Assembly: GCA_965203175.1 (NCBI GenBank)
Contig: OZ241867.1
Coordinates: forward strand, 448,001-512,000
Direction: 5' to 3'
Origin: Candidatus Latescibacterota bacterium
Lineage (GTDB): Bacteria; Latescibacterota; UBA2968; UBA8231
Length of the DNA: 64,000 bases
This document shows, one piece after another, positions 18,066 to 27,594 of this stretch (within the stretch, counting starts at the first letter, position 1; each line of letters starts with the position of its first letter). Below the pieces are notes generated by a model. It was not told where the DNA came from and ran no database searches. It saw nothing but the letters and a program-made list of their open reading frames with translations. Made by a program: the position numbers and the translations under genes.

Positions 18066-20090
18066 ATGAAGCGCTTACTTGTCAGTGCGTTGTCCCTCTT
18101 CCTCGTCAGCGCACCGGTGGCGGCTGATGACGAAGCGGATGAAAGGGACGTCTATGAAATGGGCGAGATGATCATCACCGGCTCCAAGCTGCCGCAGACG
18201 CCGGGGAATGTGACTCAGAAAATCTCCATTATCACCGCCGATGAGATGGGCTCCTTAGTCCTTGGCAACGGCAATCTAGCGGAGATGCTCTCGTACACCC
18301 CGGGCAACTTCGCCAACGTCCTCTCCCGCAACGACGCCAACTGGGGGTCGTCTGGCGGCTTGGCGCACACCTACAAGGGGTACATGCTCGACGGCCTGCC
18401 GATTGACGCCTTCGTCGATCTCCAGAGTCTCGACCCGTGGGCCTTCCAACGGGTCGAAGACCAGCGCGGCTCAGCCTCGGTGCTCTATCCGACCTATTTG
18501 GCCATGGACTTCGCCGGCAATCAGTCGCCATTGGCCGGGACGGCCAACTTTATCCTCAAGGAGCGCGTCGGGAGCACCCGCACCAGTGCCTCGGCTTATT
18601 ACGGATCCTACAACACCCTCGGCGGCCGCTTCTTCCACCAGCGCGCCGCCGGCAACTTGCACCTCTTCTTCGGGGGGCACCACGAGGACTCGGACTACAC
18701 CGACTACGGCACCGAAGGCTCGTGGCTACAGATGGATGACGACCCCGAGTACGAGAAAACCAAGATGTACATGCGGGGCACTTACTTCCTCGACGACCAC
18801 GGCCAGCGGGCCTCCATCTACGCCCACCGCACTTGGCACACCGGCGACGCCGGCCGCATCAACCGGGACTTCGGCCACACCTACACCACCCTGAACGCCG
18901 GGTACACCAACCCGTTCGCCGACAAGGCCACCCTCCAAGCCAAGGTCGGCTACCGCGACTACGTGCGCCGCTGGGAGGAGGATGGCATCTGGGAGGATCC
19001 CAAAAGCCGCGAACTGCGCTCGGAGGACGGGGTTGACCAGTCCGTCATGCCAGCCGATGTCTCCCTCTCCATTATCACCCGGGAGTCGGATGTTCTCACC
19101 GTGGGTGCCGATTACCAGCTCGCCTCGTACGCGACCTCGCGCGAGACTGGCGAGATAAGCCCCGGCAACGACGCCACGGCCACGGCCATTGGCTTCTACG
19201 CCCAAGAGGAATTGCGGATGAATCAACTGATTCTCCGCGCTGGGGGACGCTACAACATCATTTCCCACGACATCGACCTGTTGCAGGGCGCTCCTCCCGG
19301 CGACGACAACAACTCTTGGAACAAGGTCCTGTTCAGCGGCGGGGCGCGCTACAACCACAGCGACGATCTCGCGGTGTACGCCAACCTAGGCACCAGTTTC
19401 AAGGCCCCTTCCCTCAAATCGGTGGGTGGCACCATCCCCTTGGCAAGCAAGGGGGACAGCACGGTCAGCGGCCATGTCCCGAATCCGGACATCAAACCAG
19501 AGTCCGGGACCAGCTTCGACGTAGGGGTGAATCTCCGGCCGAGCGATGGCTTACAGGTCGGCCTGCGCGGCTTCAATATCCTGCTCGCGGACCAGATCGC
19601 GCAGCGGGCCGTACCCGATGCACCCCAGTCCGAGGACATCAACGCCGGCAACACCACGACGCGCGGTGCGGAAGTCGAGATCACCCACCGCCTCAACGAG
19701 CAAGTGGAGTGGTTTGCCAACTACACCTATACCAGTGCCGAAGTGACCGAGAACACCGAAGATCCGAGCAAGGTCGGCGCTAAGATCAACTTCGTGCCAG
19801 AAAGCGCGATTGGCGTCGGGGTGCATCTCACCTTTCCACAGGGCTTGCAGGCGACGGTCACGGCGCAGTCCTACAGCGGCATCTACCAAGACATCAGCAA
19901 AGACGCCGAGACCCTCGACGGCTACATCCTAGTGAACGCCCGCCTCGAGCAGCGCGTCCGCACCCAAGACGGATACGACCTGAGTCTCTATCTCGAACCG
20001 TACAATATCACCAACCAGACCTTTGAGATGCCGTGGGGTTTTCAGGATCCCGGCTTCTCAGCCAACGGCGGCCTAATGGTCTCCTTCTAG
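18066..20090 (+). CDS. TonB-dependent outer membrane receptor (iron complex/cobalamin type)
   Basis: Signal peptide, TonB-box-like EMIITG, plug domain, RGAEVE and FANYTY motifs, C-terminal Phe; precedes a FecBCDE-like ABC system. Confidence 0.9.
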   Translation: MKRLLVSALSLFLVSAPVAADDEADERDVYEMGEMIITGSKLPQTPGNVTQKISIITADEMGSLVLGNGNLAEMLSYTPGNFANVLSRNDANWGSSGGLAHTYKGYMLDGLPIDAFVDLQSLDPWAFQRVEDQRGSASVLYPTYLAMDFAGNQSPLAGTANFILKERVGSTRTSASAYYGSYNTLGGRFFHQRAAGNLHLFFGGHHEDSDYTDYGTEGSWLQMDDDPEYEKTKMYMRGTYFLDDHGQRASIYAHRTWHTGDAGRINRDFGHTYTTLNAGYTNPFADKATLQAKVGYRDYVRRWEEDGIWEDPKSRELRSEDGVDQSVMPADVSLSIITRESDVLTVGADYQLASYATSRETGEISPGNDATATAIGFYAQEELRMNQLILRAGGRYNIISHDIDLLQGAPPGDDNNSWNKVLFSGGARYNHSDDLAVYANLGTSFKAPSLKSVGGTIPLASKGDSTVSGHVPNPDIKPESGTSFDVGVNLRPSDGLQVGLRGFNILLADQIAQRAVPDAPQSEDINAGNTTTRGAEVEITHRLNEQVEWFANYTYTSAEVTENTEDPSKVGAKINFVPESAIGVGVHLTFPQGLQATVTAQSYSGIYQDISKDAETLDGYILVNARLEQRVRTQDGYDLSLYLEPYNITNQTFEMPWGFQDPGFSANGGLMVSF

Positions 20091-20101
20091 CATCACAACC
20101 A

Positions 20102-20134
20102 CCGCAGGGGCGTCCACAAGAGACGCCCCTGCGG
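20102..20134 (+). promoter_or_regulatory. Intra-operon GC-rich hairpin (REP-like or mRNA stabiliser)
   Basis: 13-bp perfect stem ccgcaggggcgtc/gacgcccctgcgg, no U-tract. Confidence 0.6.
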
Positions 20135-20148
20135 CACGGCCCCAACTG

Positions 20149-21165
20149 ATGTCTATCTTCCTAATTCTCACCCTCCTGCTCTCCGGAGCTCCAGCGCTCG
20201 CAGAGGGCGTGGCGGCCACCGACTTCCGCGGTCAACGCATCGAACTGGACAAGCCGGCCGAGCGCATCGTCTGCCTGCTCGAAAGTGCCCTCACCGGTCT
20301 GTATATGCTCGGGGCTGAGTCGCGTCTCGTCGGCATTTCGACCAATATCTACCAAGAGAGCGTCTTTGCGTACTACGCGGCTATGGACGAACGCATCCGC
20401 GAGCGCACCCTGCCGACGCCGGGCAACTGGGACTTCGTCAATATAGAGAGCGTAGTGGCCCTGCAGCCGGACCTAGTCATCATCCGGTCGGCTCAGGAGG
20501 AGTCCATCGCCGCTCTCGAAGAGAAGGGGATCCCGGTCTTCGGAGTCTATATCGAGCGCTTTGCGGACATTCACCGCGAGATCGCCGCCCTCGGCGAACT
20601 GACCGGCACCCAAGAGCGAGCTGCCGAACTCCTCGCCATTGCCCAGGATGAGTTGGAAGCGGTGCAGCGCAAGACCACCCTCGGCGCAGGAGAAGCTAAG
20701 CCGCGCGTGTACTTCATGTGGGACCAAGGGCCGCTGGAGACAGCCGGTCGCAACAGCACCGTGCAAGATCTACTTGATCTGGCTGGAGGAATCAATGTGT
20801 CGGGCGGCAGCGAGCTAGAGCACCTCGTCGTCAATCTCGAAAACGTCCTCGTTTGGAATCCAGAGCTAATCGTCATGTGGTGCAACGACCGGCTCGATGC
20901 CGAGGACATCGGCGAGCTGTCCGGCTGGCGCTCGCTTGCGGCCGTGCGCAACGGGCGGGTGCGGGAACTGCCCGATCCCTTTTCGTGCGACTTCTGGACC
21001 CTCAAATACATCTTCACCGTCGATCTCGTCGCCCGCTGGTGCCATCCAGATCGCTTTTCCGCAAAAGACCTAGAAGAACTGCGGGCTGACCTACTAAACA
21101 AGCTGTACGGGGGGCGGCTCGGCGAGCTACCGTCTATCTCATACGGGACGGGAGACGGCCCGTGA
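20149..21165 (+). CDS. ABC transporter substrate-binding protein (Fe-siderophore/cobalamin class)
   Basis: DFRGQRIEL..PAERIVCL, NIESVVALQPDLVI and AVRNGRV motifs. Confidence 0.9.
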   Translation: MSIFLILTLLLSGAPALAEGVAATDFRGQRIELDKPAERIVCLLESALTGLYMLGAESRLVGISTNIYQESVFAYYAAMDERIRERTLPTPGNWDFVNIESVVALQPDLVIIRSAQEESIAALEEKGIPVFGVYIERFADIHREIAALGELTGTQERAAELLAIAQDELEAVQRKTTLGAGEAKPRVYFMWDQGPLETAGRNSTVQDLLDLAGGINVSGGSELEHLVVNLENVLVWNPELIVMWCNDRLDAEDIGELSGWRSLAAVRNGRVRELPDPFSCDFWTLKYIFTVDLVARWCHPDRFSAKDLEELRADLLNKLYGGRLGELPSISYGTGDGP

Positions 21166-22169
21166 ATAACGCGTTCCGCCGCCGCCTTATTTACATCCTG
21201 CCACTTCCGGTACTCTTCGGCTCCCTGCTGCTCGGCCCCTCGGCCAGCGCCGAGGCAGAGCATATTCTCGTCTGGCTCTACGGCTTGCTCTTTAGCACGG
21301 CAGCCGCCGGGAGCGAAGAGTCGCTGGTGGGGACAATCGTATGGGAGGTGCGCCTGCCGCGCATCCTCCTCACCTTTCTGGTGGGGGGTGCCTTAGCCGC
21401 ATCCGGCAACGCCTTGCAGGCGCTGTTCCGCAATCCCCTCGTGGCCCCCTACATCCTCGGGCTTTCCTCCGGTGCCGCTTTTGGCGCAGCTATGGCCCTA
21501 GTTCTGCCGTTTCTTCCGGTCCAACCAACGGCCTTCGGCTTTGGCTTGTTCGCCGTGGGCTTGGCTTACTTCCTAGCCCGCACTCGCAAGACCGTGTCGG
21601 TGGTCTCCCTCATTCTCTCGGGAGTGATCGTCACCGGGATCTTCACCGCTCTGCTGACCATCGTCCAGTTTCTCTCCGATCCCTACAAACTACAGACCAT
21701 CGTCCACTGGACCATGGGCAACCTGCACAATTCGAGCTGGGCCAAGCTGAACTCCGCAGCCCCGGGGATAGGCATCGGCGTGATCTGGCTCTTCCTCTTT
21801 CGCTGGCGCATGAACGTGCTGGCTCAAGGCGACGAAGAAGCGCGCGCGGTCGGCCTAAACCCAGAGCGGGAGCGGGTACTGATTCTCATTCCGGCAACCC
21901 TGGCCGCTTCGGCGGCGATTGCCGTGGCCGGCGTCATCGGCATGATTGGCCTCGCCGTACCGCACATGGTGCGCATGATGCTAGGACCGGACAACCGCCA
22001 CACCCTGCCGGCCTCCTTTACCTTTGGCGGAGCCTTTCTGCTGCTAGTTGATACCTGCTCGCGCACGTTGGCCTCCTTTGAGATTCCGGTCGGGGTCTTC
22101 ACTACCCTGCTCGGCGGGCCGTTCTTCATCTTCCTCCTCAAAAAGGCGCAGATCGGATGGGAGACTTAG
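21162..22169 (+). CDS. FecCD-family ABC permease
   Basis: VRLPRIL, LQALFRNPLVAPYILG and EIPVGVFT motifs. Confidence 0.92.
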   Translation: MNNAFRRRLIYILPLPVLFGSLLLGPSASAEAEHILVWLYGLLFSTAAAGSEESLVGTIVWEVRLPRILLTFLVGGALAASGNALQALFRNPLVAPYILGLSSGAAFGAAMALVLPFLPVQPTAFGFGLFAVGLAYFLARTRKTVSVVSLILSGVIVTGIFTALLTIVQFLSDPYKLQTIVHWTMGNLHNSSWAKLNSAAPGIGIGVIWLFLFRWRMNVLAQGDEEARAVGLNPERERVLILIPATLAASAAIAVAGVIGMIGLAVPHMVRMMLGPDNRHTLPASFTFGGAFLLLVDTCSRTLASFEIPVGVFTTLLGGPFFIFLLKKAQIGWET

Positions 22170-22930
22170 CACCGGCCATCCAAGTAGAGAATCTCTCCTT
22201 TGCCTACGAAGAGAGGCCGATCCTCAACGACATCTCGCTGGAAATCCCGGCGGGGCAATTCACCGTCCTGCTCGGCAAGAACGGCAGCGGCAAATCGACA
22301 CTCATGCGCATTCTCTGCGGTTTCCTCGACTTTGAACGCGGCAAAGTGCATATCATGGGGGAGGAGATCCGCTCCTTTTCGTCCCGGCGGCGGGCCCGCG
22401 TCCTCGGCTACCTGCCCCAGCACCACCGGCCGGTTTTCCCCTTTTCCGTGCAGGACGTAGTCCTAACTGGCCGCGCCAGCTACGTCACCTATGTCCCCAA
22501 GCAGGAGGACCTAGAGATCAGCATCGCAGCGCTGGAACGGGTCGGCATCATCCACCTGAAGGAACGTCCCTTTACCGAATTGTCGGGGGGAGAGCAACAA
22601 CTCGTCCGCATCGCCCAGGTTCTGGCCCAGCAGCCCCGTCTCATCCTCCTCGACGAGCCGAGTTCGCATCTCGACTTTCTCAACCAAGCGCACCTGCTGC
22701 GCCTAATCCGCGAGTTGGTCGATGCCGACCTCACCGTCCTCGCCGTCCTGCACGACCCCAACAGCGCCTTCCTGTATGGGGATCACTTCATTTTCCTCAA
22801 AGATGGTGCAGTGGAGCGGCTGTCAGCGGCCGAGCGGCCGTGGGACCGCGACTTTCTGGAGCGGATCTACGACACTAAAATGGATTCAATCCCCTACGGC
22901 GACCGCGCCTTCGTGGTGACGAAGGGGTGA
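22157..22930 (+). CDS. ABC transporter ATP-binding protein (FecE/BtuD-like)
   Basis: GKNGSGKST, LSGGEQQ and LLDEP motifs. Confidence 0.92.
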   Translation: MGDLAPAIQVENLSFAYEERPILNDISLEIPAGQFTVLLGKNGSGKSTLMRILCGFLDFERGKVHIMGEEIRSFSSRRRARVLGYLPQHHRPVFPFSVQDVVLTGRASYVTYVPKQEDLEISIAALERVGIIHLKERPFTELSGGEQQLVRIAQVLAQQPRLILLDEPSSHLDFLNQAHLLRLIRELVDADLTVLAVLHDPNSAFLYGDHFIFLKDGAVERLSAAERPWDRDFLERIYDTKMDSIPYGDRAFVVTKG

Positions 22931-22935
22931 GCAGT

Positions 22936-24012
22936 TCAGCCGCTGTGCAGAACTATATCGCGGTCGTCGCCGCGCAGAGGCAACTCGACCCAAGCACCAT
23001 CAGCACGGTGGGAGGCGTGAAAGGCAATGATCGCCTCTAGGGTACGCACGGCTTCTCTCACATCATAGGAGAAAGGTCCCTCCCCGTCGAGCCAATTGAC
23101 AATCTCGACTACGGCGCGATCCATGCCGCTGTCGGGCGAGTCGTCGGGCAGGAACTCGCGGTCGTCGCCGCGCACAATCTCAATGTCGCGGTTGCGGCAG
23201 ATGGCGTAGCCCTCGGTACCGTGGAAGCGATGGCGCGGTGGCGCAGTGCCGTAGTCAGCAGCGTCAACCATGCAGATCAAGTCGCCCTGCGGCGCGCCAT
23301 CGGCCGCGGGCAAATCGCGTCCAAGTCGTAGCAAGCCCCAACCGCCGGGATCGGTAAAGGCGGTGCCTCGGCAGTCGGGTTTCCCCGATAGGTCGAGGGT
23401 GCCGGAGACAGCGGTCACCGGCAGGCCGGTGGCCATCTGCACGGCGTCGATCATGTGCGTGCCGACGTTGCCGAGACGGCCAGAGGTCCACTGGAGCGAG
23501 GCCGAGGTCAACGTGCCGAGCGCACCAGCGGCGATGCGGTCGCGCAGCCCTCGATAGCCGGGGTGGAAACGCAGGTTGTGGTTGATGACGAGCAGAGCAT
23601 CGGCCTCGTTACAGGCGGACAACATGCCCTCGGCCTCGGCGACTGTCGCCGCAATGGGCTTTTCGCAGTAGATGGCACGGGCACCGGCTTCTACTGCCGC
23701 TTGGGTGATCTCGGCGTGAACGGGGGTGTATGTGGCGATCGAGAGGATGTCGAGGGGAGCGGCTGCGCGGAGCATCTCGCGCCAGTCGGCGAACGCGGGC
23801 ACGCTGTAGCGCGCGTGGAAGCGCTCGCGCCGCCCATCGTCGCGGCTGCTACCAGCGACTAAATCGACCCGGTCGTGATTGCACAGTGCCCCTACGTGCG
23901 TGCCGTCGAGGTCCTCGACCAGCTGGCCAAGGGCATCGCCCGAGACCTGGTCCGCACCCCCGATAAAACCCAATCCCACGATTGCTGCACGATATCTCGT
24001 TTCTCCTGCCAT
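22936..24012 (-). CDS. Gfo/Idh/MocA family oxidoreductase
   Basis: AAIVGLGFIG, CEKP and NHNLRF motifs; ATG at 24012 with GGAG SD. Confidence 0.88.
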   Translation of the reverse strand: MAGETRYRAAIVGLGFIGGADQVSGDALGQLVEDLDGTHVGALCNHDRVDLVAGSSRDDGRRERFHARYSVPAFADWREMLRAAAPLDILSIATYTPVHAEITQAAVEAGARAIYCEKPIAATVAEAEGMLSACNEADALLVINHNLRFHPGYRGLRDRIAAGALGTLTSASLQWTSGRLGNVGTHMIDAVQMATGLPVTAVSGTLDLSGKPDCRGTAFTDPGGWGLLRLGRDLPAADGAPQGDLICMVDAADYGTAPPRHRFHGTEGYAICRNRDIEIVRGDDREFLPDDSPDSGMDRAVVEIVNWLDGEGPFSYDVREAVRTLEAIIAFHASHRADGAWVELPLRGDDRDIVLHSG

Positions 24013-24026
24013 GGTAATTTCTCCTA

Positions 24027-25175
24027 TCAAACTTTGAGGCCGAGTACGCGCGCGCAGGTCCCGCCCATGATCGCCGCCAGATCCTCAGCCGAGAGGAACT
24101 GGCAGTAGTCCTCAATCCAGCGGCGCGACTGGCGATAAGTGCAGAACCGGTTCTGGAAAGGCATGTCCGTACCCCACACCAGCCGCTCGGCACCAATGCG
24201 CTCGACCATCTGCTCAAGCGTCGGCCGCAGCTCGCGGTACGGGTAGTCGAACAAGTCGCCGAGGCGCACCGGGAAGCAGACCTCTATGCTCAAATTCGGA
24301 TTGTCGAAGGGAGCCCATATCTCGTCGGGCAGTTCAATCCGACTCGGGGAGCCGACGGGATCGTCGTCGAGGAAGAGACGCCACGGGAAGCCATGCGTGA
24401 GGCTGCATAGCACATCCGGGTAGCGCTCCATCCAGCGCACCAAGATGTCGAGTTCGGCCAAGTAGCCACGCCGCCGACTCTCCACAGTCTGCAATACCGA
24501 TGCTTCGCCCGGCCCGGTGCCGAGCGTAAAAAACACGGGCACGCCGAGCGCGGCCACCGCCTCCCAAAACGGACGCAAGTGCTCCCCATCCCACGGGTCG
24601 GAGCGATAGTAATAGGCGTGAGGAGGGTTGAACTTGATCGCGTGCAGGCCGTGCCCCTCGACAGCGGCGACGGTCTCGGCGATGACGGCATCGAGTTCGC
24701 CGGCCAAGCGCCACTCATCGACGGGAGCCATCGAATAAATGCGCTCTGGATCAACGGCGACCGACTCCGCCTGGAACGCGGGATCGCGGCCCAGCATGGC
24801 ATCGACGTGCAACAGGACCTTGTCGACGCCGGCGTAGTCCATTTCGGCCAGCAAGTTGTGGGGCGTGTACTCCAAGTGGGGCAAGTTGGGCGGATAGAAC
24901 TGCTTGGTGAAATCCTCGCCGTCTATCGTCCACACCACCCGGCCCTTGTCGTGGTCAACGCGGAAGCTGACATCGGGCAGGTTGTCGAAGTCCATGGCCC
25001 CACCGGGAGCTGCCAGCACATCGGAAGAAGCCGGTGCGCGGTCGCGGATGCGCCAAGCGGGCTGGTGGTGAGATGCCTGACCGCCCTGGACCCAGCGCAA
25101 GTGATCAGCGGCGGTGGGATGCCCGGCGGGAGAGTCGGCGGGGGGGAAGCAGTAGGCATGAGAGTCGATAATCAT
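24027..25175 (-). CDS. Amidohydrolase family protein
   Basis: MIIDSHAY start and LVWGTDMP motif; start trimmed from 25310. Confidence 0.82.
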   Translation of the reverse strand: MIIDSHAYCFPPADSPAGHPTAADHLRWVQGGQASHHQPAWRIRDRAPASSDVLAAPGGAMDFDNLPDVSFRVDHDKGRVVWTIDGEDFTKQFYPPNLPHLEYTPHNLLAEMDYAGVDKVLLHVDAMLGRDPAFQAESVAVDPERIYSMAPVDEWRLAGELDAVIAETVAAVEGHGLHAIKFNPPHAYYYRSDPWDGEHLRPFWEAVAALGVPVFFTLGTGPGEASVLQTVESRRRGYLAELDILVRWMERYPDVLCSLTHGFPWRLFLDDDPVGSPSRIELPDEIWAPFDNPNLSIEVCFPVRLGDLFDYPYRELRPTLEQMVERIGAERLVWGTDMPFQNRFCTYRQSRRWIEDYCQFLSAEDLAAIMGGTCARVLGLKV

Positions 25176-25221
25176 GGGCAGCACCTTAGCAGTAGCGGTC
25201 GGAGGACGTCCGAATGCGCAC

Positions 25222-26127
25222 TCACGAGAGCTCCCGCGCGAATTCGTAGGTCCAGTCGACGACCCGGAAACCGTAGTTGGTATAGAACAAGAAGGCGCGG
25301 TCGTTGTCAAAAGCAGTGCTTATGGCACCGTGGCGATAGCCGCGCTCGCGCGCCAAGTACATGGCGTGGGCCAGCAGGAAGCGTCCGAGGCCGCGACCTT
25401 GGTGCTCCTCTTCCACGCCGAGCCACTCGCAGAACGCGAAGTCGTGGGCCTCGTCGGCAGCGGAGGACCCAGCACCGCTGATCAACTCGCACTCGCCGAT
25501 GCCGTCGCCGTTCTGAATGGCTCGGACCCGCAACCCCGGTCGGGGACCGGCCCCCGGGCAATCCTCGACGCAAAGCTCGTAATCAAGGCCACTAGCATCA
25601 CTAGCCGGCTTTGGCTGCATGTCCAGCCAGTCGAGAAACACCTCACCGCCAGTCTTGGCGTAGCCGCGAAAGCGCACTAGGGCCTGCACGTGGTCGAGGT
25701 GATCGGACAAGTAGGCGTGGGGGAAGGCGTAAAACGGGTAACGCCAAGGTTGTGGCATGACGACGCTGCGCCGCAAATCCCGTTCGAGCATCCAAGATTC
25801 AGCCGCGGCCAACAGCGCATCGCCCACGGCGCGCTCGCCGCGGCGGTAGGCTAAGAAGCGGATCACGCCGATCTCGTCCTTCTGCCACTTGTTCGTCGCT
25901 TGGCGGCCGACGTGGACGAACCCGTCGCCACCTGACCCTGCCACGAGGACAGCCTGCTCGAGAAGCTGCGTCTCCTCGCGCTCGATTTCACCTGCCTGTA
26001 GCGTTTCATCGAGAGAGGATGGTGCCACCGGCCAGCAGTGAGGGACGCGCCCGACGAGCAATGCGTTGTAGAGATCGTGGATAGCGGACAGATCGTCCGG
26101 CAGGTAGGGTCGGACCGCAATTGTCAT
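25222..26127 (-). CDS. GNAT family N-acetyltransferase (tandem GNAT)
   Basis: HQGRGLGRFLL acetyl-CoA motif; AFLFYTNYGF. Confidence 0.85.
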   Translation of the reverse strand: MTIAVRPYLPDDLSAIHDLYNALLVGRVPHCWPVAPSSLDETLQAGEIEREETQLLEQAVLVAGSGGDGFVHVGRQATNKWQKDEIGVIRFLAYRRGERAVGDALLAAAESWMLERDLRRSVVMPQPWRYPFYAFPHAYLSDHLDHVQALVRFRGYAKTGGEVFLDWLDMQPKPASDASGLDYELCVEDCPGAGPRPGLRVRAIQNGDGIGECELISGAGSSAADEAHDFAFCEWLGVEEEHQGRGLGRFLLAHAMYLARERGYRHGAISTAFDNDRAFLFYTNYGFRVVDWTYEFARELS

Positions 26128-26342
26128 GGAAGGAAGAGTATATCTCTTAAAGAATGATGTCAACGAAAGGGATCTAGCGCGCCAGATTCAAGGATCGAGC
26201 GCAGCTTGACCCACCATCAGAAACGCTGTTTATTCGGTCCTATCCACTGTCGTCTCCAACCTTGCGCAACCACGGCTCCCATCACTCCAAGACACTCCAG
26301 AGTGCCGAAGGAGTGACCTGGTCGCTACCGTGGAGAAAAACC

Positions 26343-27479
26343 ATGTCCCTAGAACGAGCGATGAAGCGAATACTATTAGCACTAGTAGCGATGGCGATTG
26401 CAGCCTCGGCTTGGGGAGATGAAATCGGCGAAGCGGGACGGTTACCCGTCGGGACAGTAGCTGCTGAAGATGGGGAAACAGACGCCCTCACCGATATGTT
26501 GCGCTCTGAAGAGCTGAGCTTAGGTCTGATCGTGGGGGCGTTGGCGCTGGCCCTTTTTCTAGGCGCGGCGCATGGCCTAGAGCCGGGGCATGGCAAGACC
26601 ATCGTCGCCGCCTATCTCGTCGGCGCGCGCGGCACCGTGGGCAATGCCCTCTTTCTCGGCGGGGTAGTCGCCCTGACGCATACCTCCAGCGTCATTTTGT
26701 TGGGTCTAGTAGCGCTCTTTGCCTCCCAGTACATTCTTCCGGAACAAATTTTCCCCTATCTCGGCACGGCGTCCGGTCTCCTGATCATGGGGCTAGGCAC
26801 ATGGCTTTTGGTCAATCATCTCAGAGGCCGCGGCCTTGTTCCCAGCCACGCCCACGAAGAAGAGCATCTCCACGAGCACATTCACAGCCACGCCCATGGA
26901 GAGTATCTCCACGGACACAGCCACGAAGAAGAGCATCTCCACGAGTACGTCTACAGCCACGCCCACGAAGAAGAGCATCTCCACGAGCACGTCCACAGCC
27001 ACGCCCATGGAGAACATCATCACGGCCCCAGCCATAGCCACGACGAGGAACATCACCACAGACATGGCCATAGCCATGAAGAAGAGCACCACGGCCACCG
27101 CGATCACCCTCATGGGGAACATCATCACGGCCACGGCCATAGCCATGAAATACCGAACAAAGTGACCCTCGGTAGTTTGCTAACGCTGGGGATTTCCGGC
27201 GGTATCGTCCCTTGTACAGGGGCCTTGGTGATCTTATTGCTAGCAGTGGCCTTGCATCGCATTGCCTTTGGTTTGCTGCTTCTGGTGACTTTCAGCGTCG
27301 GCCTGGCCTCGATCCTCATCGCCATCGGCGTGCTCATCGTCAAGGCGCGCCCGCTCGTGGAGCGCTTCTCGGGCGACGGCCGTTGGATTCAGCGGTTGCC
27401 CATTGCGAGTGCAGTGGTCATCATCGCCGTCGGCTGCGCCATAACCTTCAGAACGCTAATGCACTCGGGGATTATGTAG
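26343..27479 (+). CDS. rcnA: RcnA/NiCoT-family nickel/cobalt efflux transporter with a long His-rich loop
   Basis: LGAAHGLEPGHGKT, THTSS and GISGGIVPC motifs; ~100-aa His/Glu loop; GGAG SD before the ATG at 26343. Confidence 0.88.
   Translation: MSLERAMKRILLALVAMAIAASAWGDEIGEAGRLPVGTVAAEDGETDALTDMLRSEELSLGLIVGALALALFLGAAHGLEPGHGKTIVAAYLVGARGTVGNALFLGGVVALTHTSSVILLGLVALFASQYILPEQIFPYLGTASGLLIMGLGTWLLVNHLRGRGLVPSHAHEEEHLHEHIHSHAHGEYLHGHSHEEEHLHEYVYSHAHEEEHLHEHVHSHAHGEHHHGPSHSHDEEHHHRHGHSHEEEHHGHRDHPHGEHHHGHGHSHEIPNKVTLGSLLTLGISGGIVPCTGALVILLLAVALHRIAFGLLLLVTFSVGLASILIAIGVLIVKARPLVERFSGDGRWIQRLPIASAVVIIAVGCAITFRTLMHSGIM
26844..27150 (+). repeat. Imperfect coding tandem repeats (SHAHEEEHLHEH-type units)
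   Basis: agccacgcccacgaagaagagcatctccacgag recurs several times. Confidence 0.85.
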
Positions 27480-27536
27480 GGGAAGCACCCATTGCTCTTG
27501 GCGCTGATCCTCGCTCAAGGTTGCCATCGCCTCACC

Positions 27537-27577
27537 AAAAAAGAAGGGGAACCTCTCAAGGAGGTCCCCCTTTTTTC
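27537..27577. terminator. Bidirectional intrinsic terminator between rcnA and gltD
   Basis: A-run, stem aaggggaacctc/gaggtccccctt, T-run; lies between convergent genes. Confidence 0.8.
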
Positions 27578-27594
27578 GTACAACCTGCCGCTGC

